DNA of 64,000 bases from Chiloscyllium plagiosum (Eukaryota): the NCBI RefSeq assembly GCF_004010195.1, contig NC_057750.1, positions 4,102,382 through 4,166,381 on the forward strand, in the 5' to 3' direction. The notes beneath the pieces were generated by a model. That model worked only from the letters and a program-made list of their open reading frames with translations. It was not told the origin of the DNA and made no database searches. The translations under genes were made by a program, and so were the position numbers. Shown piece after piece: positions 13,641 to 26,558 of the stretch. The first letter of the stretch is position 1; each line of letters begins with the position of its first letter.

Positions 13641-13957
13641 CAGGCAAGATCTGTTCATTTGCCAAACTAAACTTGATGGTTCTTTCATTTGAGTCTTGGA
13701 TGTTTGTTTTCTGCTGGATGTAATACTGACATCTGTCAAACACCCCAAAGCTCCTCCATCCATGTCCTTTAACCCCCCCCCAAACCAATGCCCAGGCACA
13801 ATTGCTATCATTGACAAAATGTTGATTACAGAAGCTGTTCTTAAAATTTCACCTGATAGGTTCATGAGTGTTTGGACTTCAATATCTCAATGTCTTGTTA
13901 GAAAGTCCTCTGCATTCCTGTCTAACCATGTCATTTTTGCTTCAAAGCTGCTTTTCG

Positions 13958-14055
13958 ATAAAGTGAGGACTACAGATGCTGAAGACCAGAGTTGAAAAAT
14001 GTGATGCTGGAAAAACACAGGCCAGGCAGCATCCGAGGAGCAGGAGAATCCTGAC
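13958..14055 (-). mobile_element. PLE family B terminal fragment
   Basis: Reverse match to 62285-62384. Confidence 0.75.
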
Positions 14056-14059
14056 AATA

Positions 14060-15260
14060 TAGAGAGCATGGTTAATAAGTTTGTAAATAACACCAAAATT
14101 GGTGGTATCGTGGAAAGTGAGGAAGTTTATCTAAGATTGCACGGTGGCTCAGTGGTTAGCACTGCTGCCTCACAGCACTGGAGACCCGGGTTCAATTCCC
14201 GCCTCAGGCGACTCTGTGTGGAGTTTGCACATTCTCCCCGTGTCTGCATGTGTTTCCTCCCACAATTCAAAAAAAATGTGCAGGTTAGGTGAATTGGCCA
14301 TGCTAAATTGCCCATACTGTTAGGTGAAGGGGTAAATGTAGGGGAATGGGTCTGGATGGGTTGCGCTTCGGCGGGTCGGTGTGGACTTGTTGGGCCGAAG
14401 GGTCTGTTTCCACATTGTAAGTAATCTAATCTAATCTAATTGCAAAGAGATCTTGATCAACTTGATCAATGAGCTGAGGAGTGGCAGATGGTGTTTAATT
14501 TGGATAAATATGAGGTATTGGATTTTGGTAAAACATATAAGAGCAGGACTTGTACAATAAACAATAGGGCTCTGGGTAGTACTGTAGAACAGAGAGACCA
14601 AGGGAGTTGGGTTCATAAGTCTTTGAAATTTGCATCACAGGTGGACAGGGTGGTCAACAAGGTGTTAGCACGTTTGCCGCCTTTGAGTACAGGAGTTGGG
14701 GAGTCATCCGAGATTGAACAGGACTTTGGTTAAGTATCTTATGGAGTGTTGTGTCCGGTTCTGGTTGCTCTGTTATAGGAAAGGTATTATTAAATTGGAG
14801 AGGGTTCAGAAAAAAAGGCACCAGAAGTTTGCCAGGAGTGATGGGTTTGAATTATAAGGAGATGCTGGGACTTTTTTCACTGGAGCGAAGGATGTTGAGA
14901 GGTTACCTTATTGAGGTTTATTAAATCATGAGGGGTATAGAGAGGGTGTCTTTTCTCTAGAGTGGGGGAGTTCAAAACTGGAGGACATACTTTTAAGGTG
15001 AGAGGAAAGATTTTGAAAAGGACAGGAGGGACAGGTTATTTTAGTGGTTAGTGTGTGGAGTGAACTGTTAGAGGAAGTGGTGGGTGTGGGTACAGTTACA
15101 CTGTTTAAAAGACATTTGGGAAAGTGCATGAATAGGAAAGGTTTGGAGGAATATGAACCAAACAAAAGCAGGTGGGACTAGTTTCATTTGGGAACCTGAT
15201 TGGCGTGGACTAATTGGACCAAAGGGTCTGTTTCCATGCTGTATGACTCACTGACTCTAC
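14060..15260 (+). mobile_element. CR1 3' fragment interrupted by a SINE
   Basis: MVNKFVNNTKIGGIVESEE (SKFADDTKIGG motif); resumes after 14440 with FNLDKYEVLDFGK; CR1 3' UTR. Confidence 0.9.
14139..14440 (+). mobile_element. HE1-type tRNA-derived SINE (V-SINE group)
   Basis: Pol III A box tggctcagtgg (14145-14155) and B box ggttcaattcc (14189-14199). Central tgtgtggagtttgcacattctccccgtgtctgc block, CR1-like 3' tail (gggccgaagggtctgtttcc), (tctaa)n end. Confidence 0.9.
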
Positions 15261-15299
15261 AACAAGCTCTACATTTATATGCTGAATTATTAGGTAAAC

Positions 15300-16895
15300 T
15301 AGATATTATGGAAGAAATTTGAATTGATCACTAAGGGATAAGCTGACAGTGGTTAACCCAGGGAAATTAAGGATAGCAGCAAATTGAAAGAAAACATACA
15401 ATGTGGCAAAGATTAATGGTAAGCCAGATGCTTGGGGAAGTTTGTCTTTTGTTAGTTTTTAAGCAATCAAAAGATGAGAGAAAAAATAAACTTGAGGTTA
15501 GACTTGAAAATAATATGAAGTCTGAGAGCAAGAACTTCTTTAAATTTCTAAAAAGAGAGAAAAAGATTGAACACAGGCCCCTTAAAGCATGAGGCTGGGG
15601 AAATAATGATGGGAACCAGGAAGTGGCAGAAAAATTGAATAAATTCCAGGATTTTGACCCAGGGACAATGGCGGAACCGTTGCGATATTTCCAAGTCAGG
15701 ATGGTGAGTGGCTTGGATCGGGAACTTGGAGGGGGCAGTGTTCCCATGTTTCTGCTATTCTTGTTCTTTTGGTTGTGGGTTTGGAATGTGCTATCTAAGG
15801 ATCTTTGGTGAATTTCTACAATGCACCTTGTAGATGGTGCACGCTACTGCTACTGAGCATCAGTGGTGGAGGAGGAGGTGAATGTTCAAGGTGATGTACT
15901 ACCAATCAAGGGGGCTGATTTGTCATTGAGCTTCTTGCGTGTTGTTGGAGCTGCACCCATGTGGGGAGTATTCCAGCACACTCTCTTGACAATTGATTCG
16001 ATGATGAAAATCAATGAAAACTCACCTACAAGACAGATGACATGGATGGGAAGGCAAGTAATGAGGCTAATGGTCTGCAAAGGGGTATAAATAGAGATAT
16101 AAACATGGAGCATAATGTGAGGAAATGTACAGTTTATCCACTTTGGCAAGAAGAATAGAGGAGGTAAATATTTAAATGGCAGACTGCAGAAAGCTCTGGA
16201 GCAGAGGGATTTGGGAGTCCTCCCCCATGAATAACAAAAAACTAGCATTCAAGATTACTGGGTATTTGGAAAGGCAACTTGAATGTTAATGTTTTTGAAT
16301 ATGCTATTCCTTTGAAATAAAGTATAGAGGTTTTACTCAAAATATACTAGGTACTAGTTGGATCAGAGCTGGAATATTGAAGAGTTTTGGGGTCCTTACC
16401 TAAAAAAAAAATGATACTGGCATTAGAGACACTGCAGAGAAGTTTACTTGGCTGATACCAGAGATGGAGGGACTGCCTTATGGGGAGACGTTGAATAGTT
16501 TGGGTCTGTACTTGTTGTAATATAGAATGAGAGGCAATCTTATTGAAACATACAAGATTTTTTGACTTGACAGGTCAGATGAGGAAAGGTTGTGGGAAAG
16601 TCCAGAATCCGAAGGCACGATCTCAGAATAAGTAGTCGAATATTTAAGATCCATGAGGAGTTTCTTCTTAGAGTAATTAATCTGTGGAATTCTTTACTAC
16701 AGAGGGCTGTAAATTACGAAGTGTGTTTAAGCCTGAGGGAGAATTTTTAATTAGAGGGAATCCAGTGATATGGGGGGAAATAGCAGGAAAGTGGAGTTGA
16801 GGATTAGCTGATCAGCCATGATCTCATTGAATGGTAGAGTAGACTTGACAGACTGAATGGCCCGCCTGTATCTGCATCGACATCTTATGGTCTTA
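15300..16895 (+). mobile_element. Older CR1 subfamily fragments, interrupted by a reverse LINE-B piece (15643-15992)
   Basis: ENNMKSESKNFFKFLK (15401-15592), QRDLGV-like at 16201, 3' UTR gatcagccatgatctcattgaatgg. 15643-15992 is a reverse match to 10680-11075. Confidence 0.75.
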
Positions 16896-18129
16896 AGTCG
16901 ATTTGGTTAATGAAGCTGCAGTGAAGGCTACTGCAAAATTTTGTTGAGTCTGCACATTGGAAAATCTGCTATAACTTACGCATGCAGTTACAGTTTACAA
17001 CTTCAGGGCAGCTGTGATCCTTCTTGTGCCATGTGGCTGAAATTGGAAACTCTGTCAGGAGAGATTGAATCTGTGCCTGCTAGACACCTTAAACTTTTTA
17101 CTTCTGAAAAGTTGAATATTGAAAATGTTTTGTTAATAGCTCAGAACATTGCAGAACAAACTCAAACAATGTGTGTCACAAGTAAAGTATGTTAAGATGG
17201 AGCTGAAACCTTTATTGAACATAATTTAAATGTACGTGATTGTGTTTTTGAACTGGTACAAGTTTCCTATAACATTAGATTCCCAACCTTACCCTTCCCC
17301 ACAGCAGTACGGTATAGGCATACTTTTTCTGATAGAAAAACATTTCTGCTATTGGAATTACGCATTACTTTTCAGAATACTGTAGGCATTACAGCAGGTC
17401 ATATTTGAAATCCACAATGTACTGAGTTTTTAAAAGTCAAGGAGACAATTATATATTTGATGTATGTTTTCTAGGACTGAAATGTGCTTTAACAAGGTGA
17501 CCAATCCTTGCTAATGGTAGACCTCTGGGAGTTGGTATTTATTAAGCAGTGTTCAAGGAGACAAGTCTGGCATAAGTCCCAGTGGCATATTAGGACAGGA
17601 CACACTTTTTTATTTTCATCAAGGACTGCTGTTGGTGTTTAACTTTGATATTCAATCATCTGTGGGTTGTAACAGAATTGGATTGAACTGCAATGTTGAG
17701 AATAGGGAGGAGTGATTTTAAAACCCAAGAGTTAGTGATGCTGAAATCATGCAAGTGAACTTTTGTTGAATACACTTTATGCTGGGATAGACAGACAATG
17801 TTTGGTATACAGGGAATAAGCAGGAAAGTGGAGTTGAAAGGCACAAACAGTTAACAGGTGGAGCAGACTCAATAGGCCATGTCATTCCTCCTATTTCTTG
17901 TGGTGTTATGAGTTTTTAATGGTTTTTTTTTAATTTTGTTATAGGAAATCAGGAAATATGTTAGTTGTCATCATATGGACAGTGTTGCCACCAGGTTTTT
18001 GGTAAAGTATACTTGTGTGTGATATTAAGAATTTACCTGAACTCTGCTTTTTTTGTTTGAAAGCTGCAGTATAGTTGTTGACATTGGTGTTCCAAAATTG
18101 GATTAATTTGTAAAACTCCTGCCTTTTAG

Positions 18130-18460
18130 ATCACAATCACTGAACATTCCAAAGCACTTCAGGGCCAACGAAGTTTTTTTTCCCCCAAGTGTTGCAATGT
18201 AAGAAATGTGATGCCTAGTTTATGTACAGCAGGGTTCTACAAACAGCAATAAGCATTGGTCAGGCCACTGAGACCTACCTTTATTCAGAATAGTGCCGTA
18301 GGTTCTTTTTATGCCTATCTGAGAGGACAGCCAGAGTATGTTTACTGCCTCATGTGAAACACCATCTCTGACAGTGTAGCACTCATTCAGTACTGCAGTG
18401 GGTTGTCAGCCCAAAGTTTTGCGCTCAAGGTCTGGACAGAGTGCTGTCAAGTGAATCATA
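18130..18460 (-). mobile_element. Deu-domain SINE relic (SacSINE1/AmnSINE1-like)
   Basis: Blocks ccaaagcactt..gccaacgaagt, acaaacagcaat, aatagtgccgtagg, ctgacagtgtagcactcattcagtactgca resemble the reverse DeuSINE consensus as recalled. Confidence 0.6.
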
Positions 18461-19039
18461 AAACATTTTTGGTGAAGTGTTGCTTGTTACAGACCTTGTT
18501 TGTATCATGTTTAATATTGTACTTCAAAAAAGCATATTACCTCATGTGAAATGTCCTACAGTGCTTTGAGTAAGCCCATTAGTGCTCCATGAATCACTGC
18601 CACAGTGTAGGCGATATTGAGTGAGTGATTTCAAACAGTTGCTTATGCATGACACTTTGAGGCACCTCTGAGTGAGTGGCTCACAAACCTGAATGTTGTG
18701 CAAGTCAAGTAAGTCACACACTTGGCTATGTTCTTCTCTTATTCCAAATACTGCTTATGAGATTTTTCAGTATTTAGTAGATACTCTGTTCATTAGTGTA
18801 TTGTAATTCCATTAATAGGTTGTTGAAATAATATTTCAAATGTATGTATGGCATTGTTTTTTTTGAGTGTGAAGACAACCACCACATTATTGGCATTAAA
18901 ATGTCCCTTTGATATTTAAAACATGTTGAACTTGAGAACTCAGTACTTTGAATTAGGGAATCATCTCCCTCTCAAAGCACGAGACAAAGTAATATTTAGA
19001 AACCAATAGCGGAATCAGAATCACTCCAAGTAGGGAAAT

Positions 19040-19790
19040 AGTGGTACAGTGACAATGTCACGACTTGTTTTTGTTCATCTGTGGAATGTGGGTGTCTTAA
19101 TTCACTTTGAAGGTGGTGGTGATGAATAGTCTGCTTGAACTGCTACCGCCCATTTGGTTCACCCACACTGCTGTTGGCAAAGCGTTTGGCTTCCATAATG
19201 CTGTACTCGCTGTTGATGAGGAGTGCAGTCGTTCTTGTCTTCCCTTGAGAGTATAACGTTTTTTTGTTCAAAGAGTCGTGGAGTTTGAAATAAGGCTGTA
19301 ATGAGGTCAGGAGCTGCGTGATCCTGGCAGAACCCAAGCTGAGCATCAGTGTACAGCTTATTGCTAAGCAGGTGCTGCTTGATAGCATTGTTGATGATTC
19401 CTTCCATCATTTTACTGTTGATCTGAAAGTAGAGTCAAAGAGTAGACTGTACTTCTGACTTAACATTGCATTTGCAACAATCTTATCATTTGCACAAATG
19501 TGCTCAGCTCCCTATCACTTGCGGGTGGGAATATTTGTGAACCCACTTGCTCCATTATGTTGTTTCATGGTCCACCACTGGCTAATTCACTGGGGACATA
19601 AGTTTGAATCCTCCCTAGTAGAATTCACCTGTTGAATTCTTGAATACAAAGTTAGATGGTGATAGATGGTGATAATTATCCTTTTGTAACAAAACCTGTC
19701 TGATTCACCCATGCCTTTCAGGGAAAAATCTGCAGTGCTTACTTGCTCTTGTGGTCCCAGACACATTTGGTTGACTCTCAGCTGCCTTCA
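19040..19790 (+). mobile_element. SINE-C copy split by a reverse LINE-B fragment (19065-19580)
   Basis: Head at 19043-19061 and body at 19582-19790 match 54035-54270. ORF 19159-19410 (-) EGIINNAIKQHLLSNKLYTDAQLGFCQDH is LINE RT. Confidence 0.6.
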
Positions 19791-21559
19791 AAAGACAGTT
19801 GGCAACAGATTAGCCAAGTTCTGTAGCTCTCTTTTAAAAAAGATTCAGTATACAACATTGAATACATTAAAAATGGCACCCAATTGTAAATTTTGTTTCA
19901 GAATTTTTTAGTTTAACTGATTTTTAATATGGAACCGTATGATAACGGGTTAGTGAGGAGATTAAAATTGTGTTGCTGATGGAACGTAATGACATTTAAG
20001 CAGTCATTGGCAAACTAGTGGGTCAGAGCTTGTGGTCGATGAAAGGTTTAATTTTAAGCAGTAATGTTATCTCAAGTGTTTAATAAATGCAAGCACATCA
20101 GTATGATATACATCATATTATATCAGTATGAAGAAATGATTCCAAAGGAAATGGAAGTGATGATAGCTGAGATCTGGTAAGGGCAAGAAGCTTAAATTGA
20201 TTTGCCTGTCCTGTAAGATGGTTCTCGAATAAACATGGCTTTTCTTTGAAGACTTTTGCGTCTCAGGGGTACGTGGACCAGAAGATGTGGGTTGAAGTTT
20301 CAACTGCAGTTGGAGGTGTGTCATGTCTTCAAATAATCCTCTTATTGGAGTGCATAGGTAATTTGGTAAAGCACATGGTTCCCTTTTAAAAATATTCTCT
20401 GCAAGGCCTGTAGGTAGGGGTAAACTAAATGATCTGAGCTGCAGCCACTTGCAGGGAAACCTTTTTTTGGGTCGTTGTGCATTTGTGCAGTTTTCAGGGA
20501 TCATTGCTTAGCATTTCCAGAAAGTATGTGAAACTTTGTTTAGCCTGTGATGTGCAAGTTCTAACACTTGTCTCTCACAATACTGACTTTTGACCTACTG
20601 TACTGTTAGAAATTGAAAATCTATATTTCATGCAATTAGGCTGCAGCCCGGATTTGAAATTTGATTCGGTTCCCTTTGAAATGAGGGATAGGACTAGTTC
20701 CTGTTTGTTTTTCCTTTCTTGCAGTTGAAATTTGACTGGTATTTTGCATTTTTCACAGGAAGGAAAGCTCTCTCAGTGGCTGTTCAGTTGCTGTCTGCAA
20801 ATTTATGCTGATTTTTGCTGGCAGGTGCTCTCCTTTCTGCCTTCTATTGTGATGAAAGGACTTCGCTTTCATTGTGCTGTACCACTTCTGATTATCATTC
20901 CCTTGTGAGGTCACACTCAGTTTTCAGCAACTTGCAATATGGGAGAACTGGTGGAATAGGGATAGTCTCTAATCTTTTTCCCCCTATATACCTCTCAAAT
21001 CTCCCTTTTTTTTTTGGTGAGGTGATTATTGTCAGTGTATCCACCATTCTTTTTGTTTTGTTTTTTTCAGCTTGAGAGTGTGGGGAGGTTTGCTAAAAAG
21101 AAAATTGAAATGCCTGTTAAGGGGGCATGTTGTAAGATATTAATGTTTTGTGGAAGCCTTTTAAGTTGGAAACTGTTGGTATGTAGCAGAAACGCAAAAT
21201 ACTTAGTGGCCTGTGCTTGGCTACAATAGCAATCAATTGCATTTGCAATCATTAATGAAGAGTAGGAAAGAAGAGACTACCGTTGTGCAAATCAAGTGGT
21301 CGGAAGCATTTGGGAAAGGTCCCTTTTTTGCAATTTGGCTTCTGTCTATTATTTACCCATTAACAAAGTTCCCCGGTTTTACTCAGAATAGAGGGCATTT
21401 GCTTTTCCCTAGGATTTCTCTAGTCAGAAAATGGGTGTGAAGCTACTGTCGAACTGTTGAGGCTTTGGGACACAAGCAAGCGACTGAATAAGTGGACAGC
21501 AGGAGAAGGCTGTTTGACTTCTTTGCCTCAAAAATATTCAATTGTCTTGCCCCACCATT

Positions 21560-22560
21560 CTCATGATCTTATCTGCTCCTTAATGGGTGAGTTCTTATTT
21601 TTTAACCGATTCTTTGATTCAAACCTCTCTCACAAGTGGAAACATCCTTTCAGCATTCACCTGAGCAAGCCCTCCCAATCTTGCATCTTTCATTAAGCTC
21701 ATTTTCCTTTATACACACCAGTGGATACAGGCTCAGCCTGTCAATGAACCCAACCTTTTGTAATTGAACTTTTAATGCTATGTTTTTTTTGGTAAAAATA
21801 CTAAACTACACTACTTGTGATATCCTCAATGTTCTCTATATAATTGTGGCATAAAAATCCATTTTAGAAATTCCTTTTGTCTTGTAATATATGGCAATAT
21901 TATTTTCCCTCCTGGTTGCTTACGGTGCCTGTGAGCCTGCGTTTTGTAGTTTTATGTACTGGATCTCTCCACCATGGAGTTCTGAAGTTTCTGTCCCTTT
22001 ATAGCATGTTGCTTTTCAAATCTTCCTGCCAAAGTTGGTGAATTCATATTTTCCCACATTCTGTTCCATTCTCCAAACAAAAAAAACGCAATTGCTTAAC
22101 CTATCCATATCCCTTTACAGACTTTTGTCCTTTTTTAACAAAATTGTTTTTCTGCCTATCTTTTTATTGAGTGAATTTTGCAATCACGTGTTTAGTCCCT
22201 TCATTGAAATCATTATGGATAGTAAATAGCTTGGACACTTCACGAGTTACAACCTGTCAACTTGAAAATGCCTACCGTTTCCTTTCTAGCTAACCAATCT
22301 TCTATCCGGACAAACATGTGATCCACCATCCTCAATGCCATGTGCCTTCCTTTTATTCAGTAACTTCTTGGTGTAGTACCATTGTCAATACTTCTGAAAA
22401 TCGAAGAACCGCTCATCCATGTGTTTCCTGTTTTCCATGCTGTTTTAATACATTGCAGCATTTATCCAACGGTAGATTGTAAGCTAACTGGCCTACAGTT
22501 TCCTGGTTTGTCTCCTTCCTCTCTTGAATAGAGAGCTTGTATTTCCAGTTTTTCAGAATC
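21560..22560 (-). mobile_element. Very old CR1 ORF2 remnant
   Basis: Scattered reverse CR1 motifs, e.g. aagctaactggcctacagtttcctgg (GNCRPVSL). Confidence 0.55.
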
Positions 22561-22574
22561 TCGGGAGTTTTTTT

Positions 22575-22872
22575 ATTATTCATTTATTGGATGTGGGTGT
22601 TATTGATTGGCTAGCATTTATTGCCTATCCTAGTAGTGGTGAGCTGTCGCTTTGCTCTTTAGGGGTCCACATGCTCAATGTAGACCCACACTGGGGAGAG
22701 AATTCAAATATTTTGGCCTAGTGACAGTGAATGATTGGCAATATGTTTACAAGTGAAGATGGTGAGTGCCTCGGAGGAGACCTTGCAGGGGGTGGTGTTC
22801 CCATGTATCTGCTGCCCTTGTCCTCCTTGATGGAAGTGGTTGTGGGTTTGGAAGGTGCTGCCTGAGGATCTT
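22575..22872 (-). mobile_element. LINE-B 3' end
   Basis: Reverse match to 10912-11225. Confidence 0.8.
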
Positions 22873-23894
22873 TAGAAAATTAAAACCAATGCACCTACGA
22901 TCTGAGCAGCTATTTCTTTTAAGGCCTTAGGATAAAGTCCATTGCAACTTGGTGGCTTTTTTAGTTCTAATATTTGTTAGTGTTTTCCCTATGAAAGGAA
23001 TTCAGTTCACAACATTGCACAACAGAAATAGAGATGATTGGATAGCATTCAAGATTGGGAACCTGAACTAGTTTTTTTGTATTCGGTTCTCAAGGTTCTG
23101 AGCTGAGTTGTAATACTCCTACCACACCCTTACTAAGAAATCAATTAGTTCAACACTGATTACGGATTTAATTTCGTATCTGCCTAGGATGTGTTCAGCT
23201 ACTTGCTGGCTTTGAGAGAATCCATTGGCAGGCTACCAATTTTTTTATTTTCAAAATTTAACTTCCTTTGTTTCCTCAAGTATACTCACTATTCCAAATC
23301 TGCATTCTTTAAGCTCTACAATGCAACTGTACAACAAATTTTAATGAAGTATTTAAACCTCTTTACACAAAAAAAATGTGCTTATGTGGCAGCCATTGTT
23401 ACTTTTGGGAATTACAACTAGAACAAAGTTTAAAACATGAAAGGATTTTCTAAATAGCATGAAATTTATTTTGGAGAGAATTGAATCTGTGTATACAATG
23501 GAAAATCAAAATTCTTCACAATGCCATGCTGTGATTATACATCCTTGCTGTCCAAATAAAAGTTGGTCTCCCATGGGAATGGAAAGTAGTTTGGCTTGCT
23601 TGAGCAAAGTGTATTGACCTTACTGTTACAGACCTGTATTTTGACCTCGACTCCCTTTATTTAATCAGAAATTGCTTAAATGAGAAGTTGAAATCTGAGA
23701 ATTTTGAATTCTGTAAATTCAAAATGACCGAATTTAGAGCATAATTTCTGTTGCTAATTAAAACTTACTTCCATTTTTAGTTAATTGATCTCTCCAATTG
23801 GAATTGTTTTATTTTTTGATTTATTTTGCTGCAGCATTAATACTTGGGGTCATGTTGTGTGCTGAAGTTTCATTGTCCCTTTTATTACGAAGTT

Positions 23895-24110
23895 AAAAAT
23901 CACACAACACCAGGTTACAGTCCAATAGGTTTAGTTGGAGGCATTAGCTTTTGGAGTGCTGCTCCTTGATCAGGTGGTGATAAAGGGCCATCTGATCAAG
24001 GAGCAGCATTCTGAAAGCTAGTGCTTCCAAATAAACCTGTTGGACTATAACCTGGTGTTGTGTGATTTTTAACTTTGTACACCTCAGTCCAACACCAGCA
24101 TCGCCAAATC
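23895..24110. mobile_element. PLE family C fold-back element (near-perfect hairpin)
   Basis: Arms ~23890-23976 and ~23988-24075 are inverted. TSD attacgaagtt (23884-23894) / attactaagtt (24111-24121). Hammerhead-like ctgatcaaggagcagcattctgaaagctagtg. Confidence 0.75.
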
Positions 24111-25216
24111 ATTACTAAGTTCACAACTGTGTCGTGGGGTGGGAGGGAGAGGGAGGTGTGGAGAAAAAGATGTGTTCTCCATGTTGTTTCTGCACAAATT
24201 AATCAGATGTCTTGATGTGGAATGCCAAATTTTCCGGCTAATGGTTTCAGGTGTCAAGATAGTGCTTCTGTGATCAATACAACCCAGAGGTCTGTAGGTT
24301 AAACTGTGGAAACTTTCCCAACACACTACATTTGTGTACTGTTTTTAAGCAGTTGGCTTGTATTCTGGGAGTTGGATTGTGACTACTTCAAATTCATCTC
24401 AACGCAAACCTTTTTTGACTGTTAGATAGAAGAGAATTTGCTCAACCAAGTGAAACGACATTGTCTACAGCAATGCAAGTTTTTTTGCTGACCAGTTAGT
24501 ACAGTAAATAAAAGGCTTACTATGTTGCTTGGACAACAAAGCCTCATTGGTATTCAGTCGCAATTGTACTGCCTGGATTGCACACACCTTCTCCAAGCCC
24601 TATCCTGATTTGAGCATGAACTTTCATTTTTGCAGTGTTCATTAGCTCCAATTATCTAGAAGTCCTAATTTGAAGGGAATCATGATTGTACATAAGAAGG
24701 TTTGCCAAGTCTTGACTGAGGCCTTTTATTCAAAGTCTGATTTGTGTGTGTACCTTGCACCTTCCTGCATTACAACAGTTACTGCATTTCAAAAAGTTGA
24801 AAGTAGACTGCAAAGGATCTGGACTCTGGGAATGTCTTGGGGTCATGAGGTGCTGCAGGAATGCATGCAATTTTCTTCTGATACCTTTTACTATAATTGT
24901 TCTGTTTCAGGCTGAAAAGGTTGTGCAGTGATTCCCACATGACTAAATTCCTGACCTTGCTTATACTAGATGACATTTTCCTCCCGTTATCAGCCCAGCA
25001 TCGCTGGAAGGACTTGTATGCTGCTGTACACCATCTAGTGGACCATTTAGCTTTCTTAGCTGAGCATTTGGGGAGGGGAAAAATAAATGGATCAGTTAAG
25101 TTGAATATTTGACCTGTTAATACAGTTGCAATAAATGCATTTACACTAACTGAAAAATTATAAATGATTGAAAATCATTTCTACGTTGAACCTTCATTTG
25201 TTTAAAATACCAAAGG

Positions 25217-25337
25217 AACTGTGGATGCTGGATATCAGGAAACAAACACAGAAATTGCTGGAAAAACCCAGCACGTCTAGCATCAATTGTAGAGAGAAAT
25301 CAGTTAATGTTTTGGGTCCAGTGACCCTCCTTCAGAT
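25217..25337 (-). mobile_element. Decayed PLE-type terminal fragment (family B-related)
   Basis: gatgctgg...tgctggaaaaacccagc...agcatc layout; reverse strand has a damaged ctgaaggagggtcactggacccaaaac. Confidence 0.55.
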
Positions 25338-25380
25338 CCTCCTTCACTTGTGTAAATCATTTTGTCAAATTAGATATTGT

Positions 25381-25534
25381 GTACAAAGTGAAAAATCACA
25401 CAACACCAGGCAACCACCTGATGAATGAGTGGCGCTCCGAAAGCCAGTGCTTCCAAATAAACCTGTTGCACTATAACCTGGTGTGTAATTTTTAACTTTG
25501 TATACCCCAATCCAACACCGGCACCTCCAAATCA
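25381..25534. mobile_element. PLE family C element with short inverted arm
   Basis: 25380-25410 is inverted relative to ~25476-25505. TSD tagatattgt (25371-25380) / tagatagtgt (25535-25544). Motif cac-CTGATGA-atgagtggcgctcc-GAAAGCCA-gtg. Confidence 0.75.
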
Positions 25535-25879
25535 TAGATAGTGTTTGCATATGTGTAACATAAGGATCTGTGAATGCATAACTTGTCTGTAATTTTGCAA
25601 GTTTAGACAACATTTAGTGTATGTATAATTCAAATATTGATGTTTGCTTGAGCAATTGGATTTTAAAGCTAAATCCCATTTTTTCAAAGCGTGGCATTAT
25701 AATAAAGCACCATTTTGATCTCTCCATTGTTTTTTGAGCCATGGATCAGTTGGTAACACTTACTTATAGAGTCATAGAGATGTACAGCACAGAAACTGAC
25801 CCTTCCATCCAACTCATTCATACTGACTAGTTTTGTGGGGTTATTGGTTAAAGTACCATTCCAGTAATTTGAACTCAAA

Positions 25880-26005
25880 CCCTGGCACTGAATGCTGTTA
25901 TGGAGGGAGCGCAGTGTTGTCGAAAGAAGTGCCCTCTTTCAGATTGATATTATGAACTAAATCATATCAACCCTCTAAGAATATAAGATAACATGGCACT
26001 ATTTC
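25880..26005 (+). mobile_element. Deu-domain SINE relic
   Basis: gagggagcgcagtgttgtc...gtgccctctttcagat...catggcactatttc is the reverse of blocks in 18285-18400. Confidence 0.5.
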
Positions 26006-26427
26006 ATAGGTACATAAGGCTGATCTTAGGAGCAGGAGGGGAAGCTATTTGTTCCTTGAAGCCTGCTCATTCATTTCATGCACCCACAATCCGATCAGCT
26101 ATGATCTGATCTTTTGGTCTGCTCCCCATAACTCTAAAATCCCTTGGCTATGTACCTCACCTTGAATAAATTTAAGTCACCAGTCTCCAGTTTCTCATCG
26201 GGATGGGAATTCCCCATACTAATGGCTCTTTTGAGTGAGAAAATCTAGTTGAAAAGGAAGTCCTCCTCTTAAACTATCTCTGAGTTTTAATCTCTGTCCC
26301 CTGCCCTGAAAGGTGCTCTTGGGAGAGGAACTGTAGTGGTAAAGATCTTGTTTTACAGGTGAACATTAAGCTGAACATAAAAATGCACAAGAAATTTTGC
26401 TATTGTTAATCAAAACTTAATTCTGAT

Positions 26428-26558
26428 GAATGATTTGGAGATGTCGATGTTGGACTGGGGTGTACAAAGTTAAAAATCACACAACACCAGGTTATAGTCC
26501 AACAGGTTTATTTGGAAGCACACTAGCTTTCGGAGCGACCCTCCTTCAATGAGGTGGC
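26428..26558 (-). mobile_element. PLE family C terminal fragment
   Basis: Reverse match to 23988-24111. Confidence 0.8.

Noticed and set aside
14139..14205. tRNA-like sequence (also 34436, 50304, 33380-33440)
   Set aside because: SINE heads; no complete cloverleaf. The first three continue into SINE bodies.
20700..21075. Strong-looking splice acceptors (20724, 20758, 21070)
   Set aside because: No convincing paired donor or recognisable reading frame; such tracts are common in T-rich introns.
23890..26558. Recurring repeats as a possible CRISPR array or miRNA cluster
   Set aside because: Eukaryotic context, irregular spacing, TSDs and hammerhead cores identify them as PLE termini.
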